In this document: positions 20,111 to 30,641 of the stretch, in pieces
How the letters are laid out: each line of letters starts with the position of its first letter
Numbering within the stretch: the first letter of the stretch is position 1
Source: Pachysolen tannophilus NRRL Y-2460
Taxonomy: Eukaryota
Direction of reading: 5' to 3'
Assembly: GCA_001661245.1 (NCBI GenBank)
Contig: KV454011.1
Coordinates: forward strand, 410,108-457,066
DNA: 46,959 nucleotides
Translations under genes and position numbers: made by a program
The notes under the pieces: generated by a model
Told to the model about the DNA's origin: nothing
Seen by the model: only the letters and a program-made list of their open reading frames with translations
Database searches by the model: none

Positions 20111-21637
20111 ATGAATATAAATATAAGGAATATATTTACACCGGTATGGTGGGTGATAGGTTTTATAATAAGGATAGTTAAAGCATGTTGTAATGGAAGA
20201 AATGTTTTCCAATTACTGTTAAATTTTTTTATAAATTTTTCATTAATACTGATTTGGTTATGTATGTTTAAAAATGCTGGTATTGTTCCAAATGATATAA
20301 GACCTCCTATTCATGTTAGATTAATTATGAATTTGGATGATTTCTTGTATAATTTTGCCTCATTACATGGATGGTTAACTTGTATTTTATCAATAGTTTC
20401 TGGTTATTTTATCTATGATTTTTGGTATACTATTGGAAAGACAAATACTGGTTCTAAATTAGTTACTAGTAATAATGTTGATGATACTGATTCTGGAAGC
20501 TTAGATTCAGGTTCTTTAGAATTTGATGAAGAAGATCATCGTTTGGAAAATTTTGTTGAATTTGATCTTTCTTCAAGTTCTTCTAGTACAAATAATAACG
20601 AGGATTTCCAAAAGCGTTTGGATGATCTGCAAATGTACTCGGGAAGTGGTAACAGTAATGAAAGAACAATCATCAACCCGGCCAGTAATGTTACAACCGC
20701 TGGTTCTGCTGTTTCTGGTGCCAGTATTCCTGATTCTGGTGCTGGTATTCCTACTGCTGGTTCCACTAGCGGGAGGAATGCACACTCGGAAAGTCCCTAT
20801 GATGAGTTTGATTACGATGATGACTTGTTTAAACATACTTTAATCAATTCTCGTTCCACAGTACACAAGGATTACGCTTACCTCCCTCTTGGGTGTTTAT
20901 ACTATGAACCTCCATTACTATTTGCATTATCCTGGTTGGTTTTAAATTTCGATTATTTGTTGCGTTTCCCACAAACAACTTTTAAAGATTTATTAGCTTG
21001 GACATCTTATGTCTTGGGTCATATCTTACTGCCAATTTTCACTTCAATTTGGCTTTACCTTTTCCATACCCCAGGACTGGTGAAATGGTTTGGTCTTACA
21101 ATGGGATTACAAAATATTGCCGCAGTAATAACACATATGGTTTTCCCAAATGCCCCACCATGGTTCATTCAATTATACGGTGAAGATGCTTCCCTGAACT
21201 ATGATATGTTAGGTTATGCTGCAGGATTGACAAGAGTCGATATTGCATTGGATACCCATTTAAATTCAGACGGTTTCCATAAATCACCAGTGGTGTTTGG
21301 TGCTTTCCCATCAACACATTCGGCAATGGCAGTCTTGGTTTGTTATTTCTTGAGTTATTATTCTCGTTGGCACATTGTAAAAGTCCTCGGGATTGGTTAT
21401 GTCGTTTTACAATGGTGGGCCACAATATATTTAGATCATCATTGGAGATTTGATTTATTTGCAGGTATGGTTTACGCATTAATTGTTTTCACATTATTCA
21501 AATCAAGATTAATCATTGCAGAAAAAGTTTTCGTCAATGCAAGATTATCAAATGATTTTAAAAATGGAAGTACTGCTGGCATGAGGATTTTTAAAAATAC
21601 AAGATTACAAAGATGGTTTGATCCTTACTCTAAATAA
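20111..21637 (+). CDS. IPT1: Inositolphosphotransferase (M(IP)2C synthase; AUR1/IPT1 PAP2 family)
   Basis: 508 aa with PAP2-type motifs FPNAPPWF, GYAAGLTRVD, FGAFPSTHSA and ATIYLDHHWRFDL. The N-terminal IWLCMFKNAGIVP..RPPIHV and GLQNIA match the IPT1 branch. Synteny with PAA1 and SNF11 supports the call. Confidence 0.88.
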   Translation: MNINIRNIFTPVWWVIGFIIRIVKACCNGRNVFQLLLNFFINFSLILIWLCMFKNAGIVPNDIRPPIHVRLIMNLDDFLYNFASLHGWLTCILSIVSGYFIYDFWYTIGKTNTGSKLVTSNNVDDTDSGSLDSGSLEFDEEDHRLENFVEFDLSSSSSSTNNNEDFQKRLDDLQMYSGSGNSNERTIINPASNVTTAGSAVSGASIPDSGAGIPTAGSTSGRNAHSESPYDEFDYDDDLFKHTLINSRSTVHKDYAYLPLGCLYYEPPLLFALSWLVLNFDYLLRFPQTTFKDLLAWTSYVLGHILLPIFTSIWLYLFHTPGLVKWFGLTMGLQNIAAVITHMVFPNAPPWFIQLYGEDASLNYDMLGYAAGLTRVDIALDTHLNSDGFHKSPVVFGAFPSTHSAMAVLVCYFLSYYSRWHIVKVLGIGYVVLQWWATIYLDHHWRFDLFAGMVYALIVFTLFKSRLIIAEKVFVNARLSNDFKNGSTAGMRIFKNTRLQRWFDPYSK

Positions 21638-21688
21638 AAAGAAAAAAAAAAAAAAAAAAAGCAAAAAAAAAAAAAAAAAAAAAATTTT

Positions 21689-22376
21689 NNNNNNNNNNNN
21701 NNNNNNNNNNNNNNNNNNNNNNNNNNNNNNNNNNNNNNNNNNNNNNNNNNNNNNNNNNNNNNNNNNNNNNNNNNNNNNNNNNNNNNNNNNNNNNNNNNNN
21801 NNNNNNNNNNNNNNNNNNNNNNNNNNNNNNNNNNNNNNNNNNNNNNNNNNNNNNNNNNNNNNNNNNNNNNNNNNNNNNNNNNNNNNNNNNNNNNNNNNNN
21901 NNNNNNNNNNNNNNNNNNNNNNNNNNNNNNNNNNNNNNNNNNNNNNNNNNNNNNNNNNNNNNNNNNNNNNNNNNNNNNNNNNNNNNNNNNNNNNNNNNNN
22001 NNNNNNNNNNNNNNNNNNNNNNNNNNNNNNNNNNNNNNNNNNNNNNNNNNNNNNNNNNNNNNNNNNNNNNNNNNNNNNNNNNNNNNNNNNNNNNNNNNNN
22101 NNNNNNNNNNNNNNNNNNNNNNNNNNNNNNNNNNNNNNNNNNNNNNNNNNNNNNNNNNNNNNNNNNNNNNNNNNNNNNNNNNNNNNNNNNNNNNNNNNNN
22201 NNNNNNNNNNNNNNNNNNNNNNNNNNNNNNNNNNNNNNNNNNNNNNNNNNNNNNNNNNNNNNNNNNNNNNNNNNNNNNNNNNNNNNNNNNNNNNNNNNNN
22301 NNNNNNNNNNNNNNNNNNNNNNNNNNNNNNNNNNNNNNNNNNNNNNNNNNNNNNNNNNNNNNNNNNNNNNNNNNNN
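21689..22376. other. Assembly gap (N run) flanked by A-rich tracts
   Basis: Run of n characters. Confidence 1.
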
Positions 22377-22480
22377 TAAAAAAATTTTAAAAACGTTTAA
22401 AGTAAAATAAGTAAGAAATAAAACAAAACAAAAAAAAAAAAAAAAAAAAAAATACAAAAAATACATAATATAATATTTTA

Positions 22481-22825
22481 TTAATTTCTCCCACCTGGGA
22501 CCAACATTGCAATATGATTCCCATTTAATAACTATTTTTTTTTCTTTTTATCTTTCTCATCTGATTCATCTTTTGGATCAATCTCTGTAACATCTTCTAG
22601 TATCATATTAACAAAATCATCAAATCCGATTAATTTTCCAATAAATTCTTTATCATCATCCATTATAATCCAAATTTTAGAACCAATACATTTGTCGATA
22701 AGTTCTAAAGGAAGTATTGTATTCGTTGTGGTGGATAAAACATCATCCGATGTAGAGGTTGCAGTTGTAGGTGTAGCAGCTGAAGATGAAAATTTCCCCT
22801 CTTGAGGAATTGATGCTGTCGACAT
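22481..22825 (-). CDS. LSM5: U6 snRNA-associated Sm-like protein Lsm5, interrupted by an in-frame TAG at 22532-22534
   Basis: ATG at 22825; Sm1 region [19 protein letters not shown]...[12 protein letters not shown]. After KKKKK-TAG the same frame reads [19 protein letters not shown], the conserved Lsm5 Sm2 motif. Confidence 0.92.
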
Positions 22826-23037
22826 TATCAATCAATCTATAAATAAATATATATATATATTATATCAATGTAGACTAAAAATTTTTTATATTTTTTATAT
22901 TTTTTAGAAATTTTTTTTTTTCGTAGTTTTATAAAATAGAAAATTCAACACATTAATGATAAAAATATAATATTTTTACAAAAGATAACTTGAATTTATA
23001 ATTTTTATAAATTTATAAAAAAATTAATATTTCAAAC

Positions 23038-23742
23038 ATGTCACAACCACCAGAACATTTATATATTAGACCACTTACAATTTATGATTTAAATCAATGT
23101 AATCAATTAGAAATTAGTGGTTTCCCAGAAAATCAACGTTGTACTTTAGAAAAATTTAGATATAGATTAACTGTATGTCCTGAATTATGTTCAGGAATAT
23201 TTATTAGAAAATTTACAACTAGATCTTCAAATTCATCATTATCTTCATCTTCAGGTGATGGTAATATAGGTACTGATGCAGAAGAAGATGATTACGAATA
23301 TTATCATAATTCAAAATTTGAATCTGAAAAATTAATTGGACACATCATTGGTACAAAAATATTTGATCAAAGAATAACAGAAAGATCTATGGAAATACCA
23401 AAATATATCACTAATACATCAACTACAATTGATCCTACAATCCCAGATAATGATAAAGTTGGTCATGTTGAAACTTCAAGTACTATAGGTGTACATTCAG
23501 TGGTAATTGATAATCAATATAGAAATATGAAATTAGCTACATTATTAATAAAAGATTATATACAAAAATTGACTCAACAAGAAATTGGTGATAAAATTGT
23601 AATTATTTGTCATGAAGAATTAATTCCATTTTATGAAAGAATTGGTTTCATAGATGATGGAGTAAGTGAATGCCAATTTGGCGGGGCCAAATGGCACGAT
23701 ATGTTCATTCCATTATCCAAAGAAGAAGACGATGAAGAATAG
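23038..23742 (+). CDS. PAA1: Polyamine N-acetyltransferase (GNAT, AANAT-like)
   Basis: YIRPLT, YRLTVCPELCSG, LIGHIIGTK, IGVHSVVI and LIPFYERIGF motifs; same orientation and downstream of IPT1, as in S. cerevisiae. Confidence 0.92.
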   Translation: MSQPPEHLYIRPLTIYDLNQCNQLEISGFPENQRCTLEKFRYRLTVCPELCSGIFIRKFTTRSSNSSLSSSSGDGNIGTDAEEDDYEYYHNSKFESEKLIGHIIGTKIFDQRITERSMEIPKYITNTSTTIDPTIPDNDKVGHVETSSTIGVHSVVIDNQYRNMKLATLLIKDYIQKLTQQEIGDKIVIICHEELIPFYERIGFIDDGVSECQFGGAKWHDMFIPLSKEEDDEE

Positions 23743-24312
23743 GAAAAAAAAAAGAAAAAAAAATAATAATAATAATTTTTTTCACCAACACCAACTAAAA
23801 TTTAGCTTAACATAAAGGAAAGTAAAATATGCAAAAAAAATTCAACTGCTCTGTGGACCAAAAAAAAAAAACAACAACCAAAAACTCAAAAAAACTACAA
23901 AAAAACTACCAAAAGAAAAAAAAAATATATATGTTTATATATATATATAATTATGAATTTGAATTTGAATTTGTCTTAGGTTAGGTTAGTTTAAAGAAAT
24001 AAAAAAGTTTTGACACTTTTATTTATTTTTATTTTACTTTTTTACAAACTTTTTTCTCTCTCATTTCAAATTCAGGTTTTATAGCCTTTTATTTGGACTT
24101 GATTTATTTTTCTCTCTTTTTGTCTATCTTTTTTTCAATTTTTCAATTTTTCAATTTTCCCATTTTTTCAATTTTTCTCTATGTGTCTTTATATATATAT
24201 ATATATATATATATCCTTTATATATTATTATTACTTACTACACACTACACACACACTATATAAAACTTTGTGAGGTTGACATGAAAAAGTAGCTTTTAAC
24301 CCCGAAACAGCC

Positions 24313-24680
24313 CCAATCTTGAGGATGAAATATTTTCTCTTTTTTGTTCATAAAAATTGAAAAACTAAAACGGGGGCTGTAAAACCAGATTTCTCCTAAA
24401 AACCGAAAAATTTGAAAATTTGAAAATTTGAAAAACGAAAACGAAAACGATAACAAAAAAAAAAAAAAAAAAAAAAAAAACAGAAGAGAGTGTAAATGAT
24501 CTCAAATATCCCAATATGGAAACCCTTATATTTATTTGAACCGTAGGAAACAAAAATGGCAGATTATGTGTTCTCCAATAAAAGTACGTGTCAGTAGCTC
24601 AAGCCAGTAGTAAAACGTTTTGGTTTTTTCGTCAAATTTGAAAAGAAAAAAAGAAGAAAAAAAAAATTTGGTTTTATTGG
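24313..24680. promoter_or_regulatory. Cluster of CCAAT boxes upstream of ATP7 (candidate Hap2/3/4/5 sites)
   Basis: CCAAT at 24313, 24511 and 24575 and ATTGG at 24676, upstream of a respiratory gene. Function is inferred. Confidence 0.4.
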
Positions 24681-24802
24681 ACAAAAAATAGGAGAAAAAA
24701 CCAAGATTTCAATATATAGTATACAATAATATATTTAAATATATATATATATTAATTATTATATATTATCATTATCATATTCATTAATAAAAACGTTAGA
24801 TA

Positions 24803-25626
24803 ATGTCTTCAGTCGGTGTATGTATACTTGAGTTTTCATAATTGTAATTGATTGGAATTGTAATTGTAATTGGAATTGTCATTGGAATTGTTGATGGTGT
24901 TAAGCGCCAATGGATTATTACTTATTATTGGTACATGTACTTTTTATGGTGGAGGTTAATTAACTAATCTCTAAATTTAAATTTTAATTTTATGGCAAAC
25001 TTCCCAGTTTAATCATAGGTTCAATTACAATTGGTTATTAATTGATAGAGAAAGTATGAATATTAACAAGTTTTTTTTTATTTTTTATTTTATTTTTTTT
25101 TTTGTGTGTTTAGAAAGCAGCAGCAAACAAATTAGACTGGTCAAAGATCATTTCCAAATTAGGCTTAACTGGTCAAACTGCTTCTGCATTGACTTCATTC
25201 AAGAAGAGAAACGATGAAGCAAGAAGAATCTTGTATGAATTAAAGGAAGAATCAACTGAAGTTGCTTTTGATCATTATAAATCGGTTTTAAAAAATCAAG
25301 ATATTGTTAATAAAATTGAAAAAGATTTTAAATCTTTTACTCCAATTAAGGCAAATTTAACAAAACAATTAAATTTAATTGAATCTTTTGAATCAAAAGC
25401 CATTGAAAATGCTACTGCAACAGAATCAGTTGTCTTGAAAGAATTGGAAGAATTAGAAAAAACTTTAAGTAATATTGAAAGTGCAAGACCATTTGAACAA
25501 TTGACCGTCCAAGATGTAGTCAAGGCTAGACCAGATATTAATGACAAAGTCACCGATATGGTTACCAAAGGTAGATGGGAAGTTCCAGGTTATAAGGAAA
25601 AATTTGGTGATCTTACAATTATGTAA
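24803..25626 (+). CDS. ATP7: Mitochondrial ATP synthase subunit d; exons 24803-24817 and 25114-25626
   Basis: The spliced product MSSVG|KAAANKLDWSKIISKLGLTGQTASALTSFKKRNDEARR...GRWEVPGYKEKFGDLTIM restores the conserved N-terminus missing from the ORF track. Confidence 0.95.
24818..25113 (+). other. Spliceosomal intron (296 nt, phase 0) in ATP7
   Basis: GTATGT donor at 24818, branch-like TATTAAC at 25061-25067, a long T-tract and TAG acceptor at 25111-25113. Removal joins the exons in frame. Confidence 0.92.
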
Positions 25627-26427
25627 GAAAAGAAAACTAAATTTCAAATTTCTTAACTTTCCTTTTTTAAAAAAAAGACAAAGATTCATGAAATGTAATG
25701 ACCAGAAAAAAGAAAACGATAAAACTCATTTTATAGTTTTATAATATGGAAACATATAATCGTTTTTGTTTTCTTTTTTGTTTTTTTTTTTTTTTATTTT
25801 TTATTTTTAATTAATGTCTTGGAAAAGAAGTTAAATTTTACATTACACATTACATTTACACATATATTATTATTATTTTGTTTTGGCAATTTTTAGATGA
25901 ACAACATATAATAAAACTAAATTGAAAAAAAAAAAAAAAAAAAAAAGATTAAATGAACAATGTCTCCTTTATAACATTGCTAAAGATTAAAACTAATCTG
26001 ATTTCATTACGTTGTCTTCTTTATTATAATTTTTAATCAATCTATCGATATTAACCTAATTTTACGTAGAAAATTAAATTAAATAAAAAATTTTTATTTT
26101 TATTTTTTTTAACCTAATTAAACTGATACACATACAAATAAACACAATAAGTAATTTTTATAGCAATCAGTTCAGTTTATAATATAAATTCATAAATTTT
26201 AATTTCATATAAGATTAATTGTCTTATTTGAATAGAAAAGATTATTTAGATTTAGATAAACCATTAAAGGTTATTAAAAGGTAGAAAAACAAAACAAAAA
26301 ATCAAAAAAAAACAAAAAACAAGTAATAAAAAATTTTTTAATAGAAAATTAGAAAGTTGTTAATATTATTAAAAGTTGATTACATGAGTTTGATATATTA
26401 CAGTATAATAATAATAATAATAAAAAT

Positions 26428-29400
26428 ATGATATTCAAAATGAATTTTAAAGTTCCACGAATACGGTTTATAGAACGACTGCGAATAAACCATTTAAGGA
26501 ATAAAGCATTGAAAGGTTCATATGGATTTAGAATAAGAAATAAGATTGGTTCTTTTGAAAAAAAATTTGGATCAAAGATTGCAAAGATAATTCCATCATT
26601 TATTGTTGCTCATTATTATTATATCATATTAATGATAATTATAACATCTGTATTAATATATCCACAGAAAAATATACTGTATATAGATGCACTTGTATTT
26701 GCTACGGGAAGTTGTACTCAAGCGGGATTGAATACAGTTAATGTCAATAATTTGACATTATTTCAACAAATGGTTATATATTCAATGTGTTTTTTCACTA
26801 CACCAATTTTTATTCATGGATTTATCTTATACTTGAGATTTTATTGGTTTGAAAGATATTTTGATGGAATTAAAGAAAGTTCTAAATTAAATTATAAAAT
26901 GAGAAGAACTGCAACATTGGCAACATATAGAACTCAGACAATGGATAATGACAATACAAAACGTCGTAATGGAGGTTTATTTTCTGGAATTGGTACTGCT
27001 ATGAGTAGATATAGTACTCAAGGTAGGATTCGACGTGTCTTATCTTCAGAATCTGATCCTCAAATGTACACAGGCTCAACAGCAAATGGTCAACATCCCG
27101 ATAGTCAACATCCTGATGGTCACCATGTCGATGGTCAACATTCCCAAGAGTATGCTTCAAATAATTATCATCCTAAATTTGATAGTAATCATACTTTAGA
27201 AGAGGTATTAGAGAATGATGGTTCCAATGATATAAATGGGAAAATTAGTGAAAGTAGTGAAAGTAGCGATAGCAACAACTTGAAGAAACAAGAAAATGCG
27301 GATTCTAAATCTGTAGAAATGAAAAATTTGAACAAGGGTAAAGGCATAAACTCTTTGGATGACATTAACTCAACTGGAAATCATCGGGATAATTATGTTG
27401 AACATTTAAGCGAACCAAGTGATCCAAGTGATGAAAGTGATGAAAATAATCAGAAACATGACATCCCTGTGGATGGAAGGGACATCAAGTTTGCAGATTT
27501 ACCTAATCCTAGAGCTATCAAAGACAAAACTGAGATTGAACCTAAAGATATGCTTATGTCTATTGCGCTAATGCAGAAAAACCATGACAAGGAAAATGAT
27601 GAAAGTGGTCCTGCATTGGTCATCAATGGACCTGCGGAACGTGAAAGAAAAAAACGCCGTCATCATAAACACAAGAAACCACATTATAAAAAATTTGTTT
27701 ATCAACCTTCTTCAAAACCAAAAATGGATATAAGACGTCCATCTATTCAATTTGATGTCCCTGAAGCTCCTTCTAGAACAACTAATATTATCAACAGTAG
27801 TGAAGATGAAAATAATGACAATAACTTTAACAGGAATAGGTTCAGATTCTTACGTGGAAATCGTAATTCTTCAAACCATTCAAAAGATCACCCTAGTTCT
27901 GGTGCTGACAATGATCACTATATGAATCGCAACGAAGAGGTTTTTGATTCCTCAAGTTTTTCTTCGCTGAATGACAATGAGGAAGCCGAAAGCGACGGTG
28001 ACATTGATGAAGTTTTAGCAAGGGCTCAAACAAATATTTCAGCATCTTCCCTGACAAGCAGTCAGAATAATTATAATGGTTTCAAGTTAAATAATAAGGC
28101 AAAGACATTTGATGTTAACGAAAGCAAGAAATCTGGTTCTCTTCGGAAATCCCCTACTTTTGAAAAATCTCTGTTAAGAAATTTTAACAGAAGAAAAGTT
28201 GGTCAGCGGTTAAGACGGTTAAGTAGATATAGTTCTTCTGTATTTGAGAATAAAACAAGTGATGATGACCGCTATGATTTGGATGAAGAGAAAGATTTGT
28301 TACCAATGAATAGTGTTCCACTGATGTCGACGAATTATTTATCATGGACCCCTACTATTGCCAGAAATTCAACATTTGTTGCATTATCAGAATCTCAAAA
28401 GGAAGAACTAGGTGGGGTAGAATATCGTGCTGTTAAACTATTAATCAAAATTGTAACAATATATTACATTGGATTCCATATTTTTGCAATAGTATGTTTT
28501 CTTCCTTGGATCTTAGTGAGAGGTTACTACATTGACGTTGTCAGAGATGATGGCGTATCACCTACTTGGTGGTCAATTTTTCATGCAGCTAGTGCTTTCA
28601 ACGATTTAGGTTTCACTTTAACCCCAGACTCGATGATGTCTTTTTACGAAAATGTTTATGTTCTTTTGATGTCTTCCTTTTTCATAGTTGTTGGGAATAC
28701 TGGTTTCCCAGTGATGTTGAGATTTATCATTTGGCTTTTCTTCAAAATATCACCTCCATTATCATTGATGAGAGAATCGTTGGGGTTCTTATTAGATCAT
28801 CCCAGACGTTGTTTTACTTTGTTGTTTCCATCGGTACCAACTTGGTGGTTATTTTCCACTCTTGTCTTGTTAAATGGTACTGATTTGGTCTTGTTCTTTA
28901 TATTAGATTTAAACAATAAAACTTTGACTACAATACCTACCGGCTTCAGAATTATCGATGGTTTGTTTCAAGCGATAAGCACAAGAACAGCGGGATTCAC
29001 CGTTGTCAATTTGGCAGATTTGCATCCATCTGTTCAAGTCAGTTACATGTTAATGATGTATATTTCCGTATTACCTTTAGCCATTTCTATTAGAAGAACA
29101 AATGTTTACGAAGAACAGTCTTTGGGTGTTTATAGTACTCCGAAAGATGACGACGAAAAAGATAATACAACCAAGACTTTTATTGGTACTCATTTGCGAA
29201 AGCAATTGTCCTTTGACTTGTGGTTTATTTTCTTGGGACTATTTATTATATGCATAGTTGAAGGATCTAGATTAGAGTCTGGCGACATTAATTTTACAAT
29301 TTTTCAAATTTTGTTTGAGATTGTTTCTGCATATAGTTGTGTTGGTTTATCTTTAGGATATCCGAATACTGATACTTCATTTTGTGCACAGTTTTCTACA

Positions 29401-30189
29401 ATTTCAAAATTGGTGATAATATTCATGATGGTTAGAGGTCGTCATCGTGGTTTACCATACGCTTTGGATCGTGCAATCTTATTACCATCTGATAAACTAC
29501 AAAAAATTGACGCAATGCAGGAGAAATATAATTTCAGCCGTACTAATACAAATGCTACCTCTGCTAAACTCAATCTGCGTCGCAATAGTCGTGAGAGTCA
29601 TGACTTTGGAAATCCTAATAATGGCAATGATGGTAACGTTGATTATGACGACCATAGCACTACTGAAAGTCAAAGAGAGGAGAATAAGGGCCATCATAGG
29701 ACTTCAAGTTTTATGAATCAAGCTAGTAATGCCTTGAAAAATTTCAAAGCTTTCGGATTAAGTCTTGATCAGCCCCATCATTATAGTCATCGTCAAGCTA
29801 ATCATCTGGGGTCAAAGCCAGCACCAGATTTGGAACATAATGAAAATAATTCTCTAATTGAGGAGGAACAAGAAAGATCAACCTTGAATAAGAGTCCAAG
29901 TCCATTAACAGGCGATAGAAACGAAACCCAAAATGAGCAAAATAATTTCAATTTCGTTGCTCATAATTCAAATAATAGAAACTTCCAACACATTGTGCGT
30001 AACGAAAATAATAGCCATAATGCCAATAATAATTCTTACTCTCCCCGTCATAATAATGATAATCATAATTATCGGGAAAACTCACAAATCAATTTTGCAC
30101 ACATCGACAATAACATTAATAATTATGAAGATTCTAGTCATTCCCCAAAACCGAACAATAGTTCTTTACCACATCGTAACTCATTTTAA
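26428..30189 (+). CDS. TRK1: Trk-family potassium uptake transporter
   Basis: TQAGLNTV, LGGVEYRA, SAFNDLGFTLTPDSM, STRTAGF and GRHRGLPYALDRA motifs, with a long hydrophilic loop. TRK1 and TRK2 cannot be distinguished here. Confidence 0.93.
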   Translation: MIFKMNFKVPRIRFIERLRINHLRNKALKGSYGFRIRNKIGSFEKKFGSKIAKIIPSFIVAHYYYIILMIIITSVLIYPQKNILYIDALVFATGSCTQAGLNTVNVNNLTLFQQMVIYSMCFFTTPIFIHGFILYLRFYWFERYFDGIKESSKLNYKMRRTATLATYRTQTMDNDNTKRRNGGLFSGIGTAMSRYSTQGRIRRVLSSESDPQMYTGSTANGQHPDSQHPDGHHVDGQHSQEYASNNYHPKFDSNHTLEEVLENDGSNDINGKISESSESSDSNNLKKQENADSKSVEMKNLNKGKGINSLDDINSTGNHRDNYVEHLSEPSDPSDESDENNQKHDIPVDGRDIKFADLPNPRAIKDKTEIEPKDMLMSIALMQKNHDKENDESGPALVINGPAERERKKRRHHKHKKPHYKKFVYQPSSKPKMDIRRPSIQFDVPEAPSRTTNIINSSEDENNDNNFNRNRFRFLRGNRNSSNHSKDHPSSGADNDHYMNRNEEVFDSSSFSSLNDNEEAESDGDIDEVLARAQTNISASSLTSSQNNYNGFKLNNKAKTFDVNESKKSGSLRKSPTFEKSLLRNFNRRKVGQRLRRLSRYSSSVFENKTSDDDRYDLDEEKDLLPMNSVPLMSTNYLSWTPTIARNSTFVALSESQKEELGGVEYRAVKLLIKIVTIYYIGFHIFAIVCFLPWILVRGYYIDVVRDDGVSPTWWSIFHAASAFNDLGFTLTPDSMMSFYENVYVLLMSSFFIVVGNTGFPVMLRFIIWLFFKISPPLSLMRESLGFLLDHPRRCFTLLFPSVPTWWLFSTLVLLNGTDLVLFFILDLNNKTLTTIPTGFRIIDGLFQAISTRTAGFTVVNLADLHPSVQVSYMLMMYISVLPLAISIRRTNVYEEQSLGVYSTPKDDDEKDNTTKTFIGTHLRKQLSFDLWFIFLGLFIICIVEGSRLESGDINFTIFQILFEIVSAYSCVGLSLGYPNTDTSFCAQFSTISKLVIIFMMVRGRHRGLPYALDRAILLPSDKLQKIDAMQEKYNFSRTNTNATSAKLNLRRNSRESHDFGNPNNGNDGNVDYDDHSTTESQREENKGHHRTSSFMNQASNALKNFKAFGLSLDQPHHYSHRQANHLGSKPAPDLEHNENNSLIEEEQERSTLNKSPSPLTGDRNETQNEQNNFNFVAHNSNNRNFQHIVRNENNSHNANNNSYSPRHNNDNHNYRENSQINFAHIDNNINNYEDSSHSPKPNNSSLPHRNSF

Positions 30190-30641
30190 TTTATAATTTA
30201 CTTCATTTCATTTGCACTTCATATTATCCATCGGTATTATTTTCTTTTTGGTTTGGATTTTTTGCTTTTTTTTTTGTTCAGCTTTTTGCATTCTCATCTA
30301 TATATGTATATACATATATATTAATACCAGCTTTTTTTCTTTTCTTTTTGTTTTTTGTTGGCTTCTTTCTCTTTGTTTACTTTGGCAATTATCAGCTTAT
30401 TATTTACTCCTCCAGACTTGTTTAATAGAATAAAATAGATTTATAGGAAAAGGGATAATATTTCATAAGAAAAGGGGTAACGTTACGGACGTAGTTTATA
30501 TGATCACCAAGATGCTAATTGGGAAATTTTCTCGCAAAAAGTGATTTGGTGGTAGTATTAAATGTTAAATGTTAGCTTTAGTTGAAGTTGTAGCAATGTA
30601 AAAATCTTGATGAACTTGAAATTATTTTCTTTTGCTGTGAA

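Noticed and set aside
22532..22534. Genome-wide TAG reassignment as the explanation for the LSM5 stop
   Set aside because: TAG ends PAA1 (23740-23742) and SWD2 (32935-32937) at plausible C-termini, and no other long gene here has an internal TAG.
24591..24640. tRNA-like TAGCTCAAG A-box (and GGTTCAAAT near 5826)
   Set aside because: No paired B-box or A-box at the right spacing, and no cloverleaf.
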